A stretch of DNA of 64,000 nucleotides from Macrostomum hystrix (Eukaryota > Animalia > Platyhelminthes): NCBI GenBank assembly GCA_950097015.1, contig CATNEN010000037.1, forward strand, positions 4,464,001 through 4,528,000, written 5' to 3'. The notes beneath the pieces were generated by a model. It saw only the letters and a program-made list of their open reading frames with translations, was not told where the DNA came from and searched no databases. The position numbers and the translations under genes are program-made. How positions within the stretch are numbered: the stretch's first letter is position 1; the number at the start of each line of letters is the position of its first letter. Positions 59,701 through 64,000 of this stretch are shown here, piece by piece.

Positions 59701-62700
59701 CCGACTCTCGTGGGTTGGGAGGGGAGTGAAAGTGGCGCCCGCCTGGTCGTTGAAAAATCAGAAAAATCTCAGGCAAATCTTTGTGTTCACACGAACACAC
59801 ACATCTATATGGTTATATTTACTAGTTATATGATGCACACGTCAACTGTATAGTCCCAGAAGAGCTTCAATGCGAGTCTGGACTCTGTCCGATAACTGCC
59901 TCTTAACTCCCCCTCTCTCTCTCTTTCTCCCACTCCACATCTCCCCTTTCTCTCCGCTTTCAACATCGATCTCTGCATCACCTTCAAGATCCTGCCCCTT
60001 CCCCCCCACCTCGCAGCATGGCCAGGCGAGATTAGTGCTCCGGTAGCCCAGAAACTGTCTCGCAGTTCAATAATCACAATATTATCGTCCCTCATACCAG
60101 ACTCCACCTGGGTAAGGAGGCATGCTACTTTCCCACACTCGCATCAGGCCTATGCTTCAGTGTAGTTGGCTGGTCAATGCTGAAGGATTGCATCATGCGC
60201 CAATCCAGTTTAGTTGCCAGGCCGGTGTACACCAGACTCTTACAGTGTCCACCTACGCTTTTACCAATCTCTCTCATGCATGCATAGCGGGGACAAAAAA
60301 ACAAGCTTTGGTCGGGCGCAAGTGTAATAATGCTACTTGAATTTCATATGCGCCTTATAGCTGGCCAAGCATTATGCTAATTATCTCTAGTGTGAGGGAG
60401 GCGCCCCAGACTATGCCGACAATGCCAAGGAGCAGGCATAACGGTGTTTCATGAATATGCTAATGAGCTCATTTTGCGTTGGCGAGGCCAGCAGAACTGC
60501 ACGCCTCTTCCTGCAGCCAGTCTCGCATTCGACTCCAATGCCTCCAGCGGCTCACCACCTGTGGGCATAGGAAACTCTGGCTGGCTGCGCGAAATGGTTA
60601 CCGCCAAATATCAGCTACCGCCCCGCACCTCCTGATCCCCATTCTCATCCCCATTTTTCTTCATCCTTCTCATTCCGCTGCAGACTCCGACGAAGCTGTC
60701 GGCGCCGCGTTTGATCCTGCGACCAGCGGCTCGCCGACGCTGTCCGTGGCTGCCGCAGCAGCCGCCGCCTCCACCAGCCCGAAGGAAGAGCTGCTGAGTA
60801 ACAACAACAACTCGGCCAGCTCAGTCGGCGTGCCCTCGCCGAACTCTTCTGAGCCGTGCGACGGACTCGACGGCTGCGGCGGAGCCGCCGCTGCTGCCGC
60901 CTCAGCCGCCGCCGCTGCAGCAGCTGCCGGAGTCAGCGGTCTCGGAGGCCTCGTCGGATTGGGCGTCGGAGGCGGTGTCATCGGCAGCGGCATCGGCGGC
61001 TGCGGCGTCGTCGGTGGCATCTACAACAGCAAGGACAGCGAGTTGGACCTCAACCTTGACGACCTGGTTGATCCGAAGGCCTCCGGCGAGGATGACGACG
61101 ATGTCGACGATGACGCTGCCTCCGGCGACGAATCTACGCAGGGCTCCGGCCTTGGTGACGGTGTTGGCGACGCCGGCGACGGAAAAATTGGCGGCTGCAG
61201 CGGCTCTGGGGGCGCCGGTGGCGGTGGCTCCGGCCAGCAGGCCGCAGGCAGCAAGCGGCGGGGTCCGCGGACGACCATCAAGGCCAAGCAGCTGGAGACG
61301 CTAAAGGCAGCTTTCGCTGCCACCCCGAAGCCGACGCGTCACATCCGGGAACAGCTGGCCCAGGAGACTGGACTCAACATGCGAGTCATACAGGTGATTT
61401 GCTTCAGGGTGCGAAATCATCGCGATGAAGCTTCCAGAATCCCAGTTGCAAGCACTCCCCAGGTCCCGGCCTATCTTATCTCGTGTTGCCTGACACTGGC
61501 ATCACTAGCATCAGGATGGCGAGAAACTTTTTCTCGGCCAGTCATTTTTCTTGCTCCCCGGTGTCGACGACAGAGTCGATTCTCTCCACGGGATAGACTG
61601 CTCACTGCTCAATGGAGCAGGCAGGGATCGGGTGGGGAAGTTTTTCCCAACGATATCGCCCCCGGTGTTGGCTTTTCCCACCCGTCTCTCGCCCTTGCTC
61701 CGCCCTGTCTCCTTGTCCAGTCCGCTAGATCCGTCGAGTGCGAATTCCCGGGGGAGAGGCGGCGGGGCGGGGCGCGTTGCCTGCCGAGAGGTGTTGGGAG
61801 TGAGTTGATGGCGGATGCTGGGGAGTGCGAGAGAGCGAGCGAGGTACCGCGAGTCTTGGCCTCTGCACCCCCTCGGGCCAAAGGCGGTGCTCAACTCTAG
61901 CGCCATGATAGAATTGTTGGGAAGACTGATAGAGGAAGATGGGAGAAGCTGGGACCAGCTGCGCTGTCAGGATGCTTCATTTATTTTATAGCCGCTTCTG
62001 CTCGTGGATGCAGTCTGCTGCCGCAGAAGACAAAGGGGATAATGGGTAGAGGGGAAATATAGATTTCCAGAGTCAAGAGGACAGATCCGGGACTAAGCAT
62101 CTGCTTGGCCATCCCATTTCCTTGCTTTTGAGTCCCCGCTTTTCTTTGTTTGAATTTCCAACTTTTAGCATTTGTTCCGGTCAAAGTTCAAATTGGCCCT
62201 ATTCAAAAGCCATGTACACACACCCTCAGGGCAGGTGGGATATGCAGGCTGCTCGGAGCGGTAAAGACCCGGATATCCCATTTTGACTAGCTCGGAAATG
62301 AGACTGGAGAATGAGAAATATAGGACTGCCGATGACTGAAGGAGCTCTTTCTGTCTTGGCTTTCAGTCGGCGCGGAGTGGAGGTTGTATAGGTCAGATTT
62401 CTTCGGCTTGTCCACTGATCCGCGGAGGACTGTCAGACAGAAGTGCCAACGACAACATCACTCGACGGTCTAGAGAGTCTAGAGACTCACCCAGCCAGGC
62501 CCAACTGGCCCAGCTGCTTCAGACAGCAGCTATAGACAGTTCTTCAACCCCCTGAACTGGGAGCTGCACCGTGCGGCCGCCCAGGCATTGGAGTGTTGGG
62601 GGACGGGTGGGTGGGTGGGTGTGGACACTTGAGGGCTCCGAAATCTGACACGGGCTAGTGACCCTGCCATCCCCTCATACGGGCGCCTCACCGTCAGATC

Positions 62701-63451
62701 CAGTCAAAACTGCAAGCTGACCGCCCTGAAAGCAGTGGCAAGCTTTGGGCTGGAATATCTACTACTGCTCATGCTTGCTGCTCACGATTGCTGCTCATGC
62801 CTGATGCTCATGCCAACCGCTCATGCTAACTGCTCATGATAGTTGCTCATGCTAAGTGCTCATGCCAACTGCTCATGTCAATTGCTCATGCTAACTGCTC
62901 ATGATAACTGCTCATGCTCCCTGTTCATGCAAGCTACTCATGCTAGCTACTCATCAAAATTTGAGCTGAATCTCATCAGATGCACTTTTGCTCCAAAGTA
63001 GCCTACGAAGCAGCAGTGTTTGTCAACGGCCAGTACCCGACCCGCTCCGCAGGTTTGGTTCCAGAACCGGCGCAGCAAGGAGCGCCGAATGAAGCAGCTG
63101 AGCGCAATGGGCGCCAGGCGCGGCTTCTTCCGTAATCCGCGCCGAATGCGGGCCCTTCGAGCCGGCATGGGGCCGGACGATATGGGCGACAGCGGCGAAC
63201 TCTTGGCCTTCAGCTACTTCGGTGAGCGGCTCGGAGATTGCATTGGCGCTGCGATAAGATCCGCATAAGTATTTGGAATACTAGCGTTTAAACAAAAAAC
63301 CAAAACTCTTTCTTAGAAAACCCGGAATTCTACAACGGCTACTCGCCAGTGTACCACCCCGGCGAGCACTTCTTCCATCCGGGCTCCGGGCCGCATTTTC
63401 CGCTGCCGCCCGGCGTTCAGGGACCGCCGATGGATCCCAGCATGCACGGCG
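53704..63451 (+). CDS. lhx1/5: LIM-homeobox protein Lhx1/5 (Lim1), 3' end beyond the window
   Basis: Exons 53704-53873, 54419-54702, 60684-61393, 63053-63221, 63317-63451 are phase-consistent. Two LIM domains and the diagnostic homeodomain [64 protein letters not shown]...[11 protein letters not shown]. Confidence 0.95.
54020..54370. repeat. CT-rich repeat in Lhx intron 1
   Basis: Direct reading. Confidence 0.85.
54890..55275. repeat. ~20-bp repeat (AAATCCGCCCCCAGATAGAT) in Lhx intron 2
   Basis: Direct reading. Confidence 0.85.
56150..56670. repeat. Degenerate TTTAAAGATCCCG repeat in Lhx intron 2
   Basis: Direct reading. Confidence 0.85.
57595..58520. repeat. GAGTCAGTGA array grading into a 14-bp GAGAGTCAGGGACA array in Lhx intron 2
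   Basis: Direct reading. Confidence 0.9.
62765..62945. repeat. TGCTCATGCTAAC-type repeat in Lhx intron 3
   Basis: Direct reading. Confidence 0.8.
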
Positions 63452-64000
63452 GTGAGTGTTTCCTGGAAAATTGATTAACGTAAAATTTCTCACCTCGAAA
63501 CTTGTCGCCTACGAAAGTTCAAATCCCTGAAAGTTTTCAGCCCCTAAATTTCTCATTCCCCGATTTTGACAATTCACAGAATTCCAGAAATATTCTACTT
63601 ATTAAAATTCGTAAATCAAAATTTAAGTTTATGTCTAGTGACAACCTGGCTTTCGATTTCTAATATTGTTCCTAGAATTTTATTTCTCATTTTAACAAAA
63701 AATTATACTTTAAAAAATCTGAAATTATCGATGACACCTGCACTCCTTTCTTTGTTTATCTCCGCCCCCACCCACACACGTGGGCCATTTAAGCTCTGGC
63801 TTCTCAACTCACCCACAACCAGAGACCAGCTGGGTCCCAACTGGGCCGAGGTGTTGCCCAACTCTGCTTATCAATCAATCCTAGGGTGGGAGGGCGGAGG
63901 TGGGGTGGAGGAAAAGAATCCCAAGTCCTATAGCACCTGGCGCACAATGGTCGAATGTGAGACAAATTTTTGCCTCCCGTGTCCTAGCTAACCAAAGGGT

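Noticed and set aside
61610-61900. Possible GC-rich MITE in Lhx intron 3
   Set aside because: No TIR pair or TSD could be identified.

Overview
This is eukaryotic (animal, invertebrate) genomic DNA: GC-rich exons, canonical GT-AG introns, and introns and intergenic space packed with minisatellites, SINE-like elements and DNA transposons. An innexin gene plus this architecture resembles the flatworm Macrostomum lignano, but that assignment is inference only. Genes reconstructed by hand from splice sites and reading frame: a cGMP-dependent protein kinase (+, 15 exons, N-terminus not found), a KSR-type kinase (-, 4 exons), a Ly6/three-finger GPI-anchored protein (-), an innexin (-, single coding exon), an R-Ras/M-Ras-like GTPase (-, 4 exons), a heparan-sulfate 6-O-sulfotransferase (+, 2 exons), a secreted amidase-signature enzyme with a hydrophobic C-tail (-, 4 exons) and Lhx1/5 (+, runs off the window). 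Mobile DNA: a complete 4.66-kb hAT element with intact transposase, 12-bp TIRs and an 8-bp TSD; a non-autonomous Helitron with a nested hAT-type MITE inside the Ras intron; and two tRNA-derived SINE families. The most striking observations are (1) the hAT landed between the innexin's apparent splice acceptor and its ATG, and its TIR plus the TSD rebuild a new acceptor, and (2) several intronic minisatellites consist of reiterated splice-signal motifs. Most six-frame ORFs in the track are repeat artefacts. No CRISPR array, rRNA or true tRNA gene was seen.
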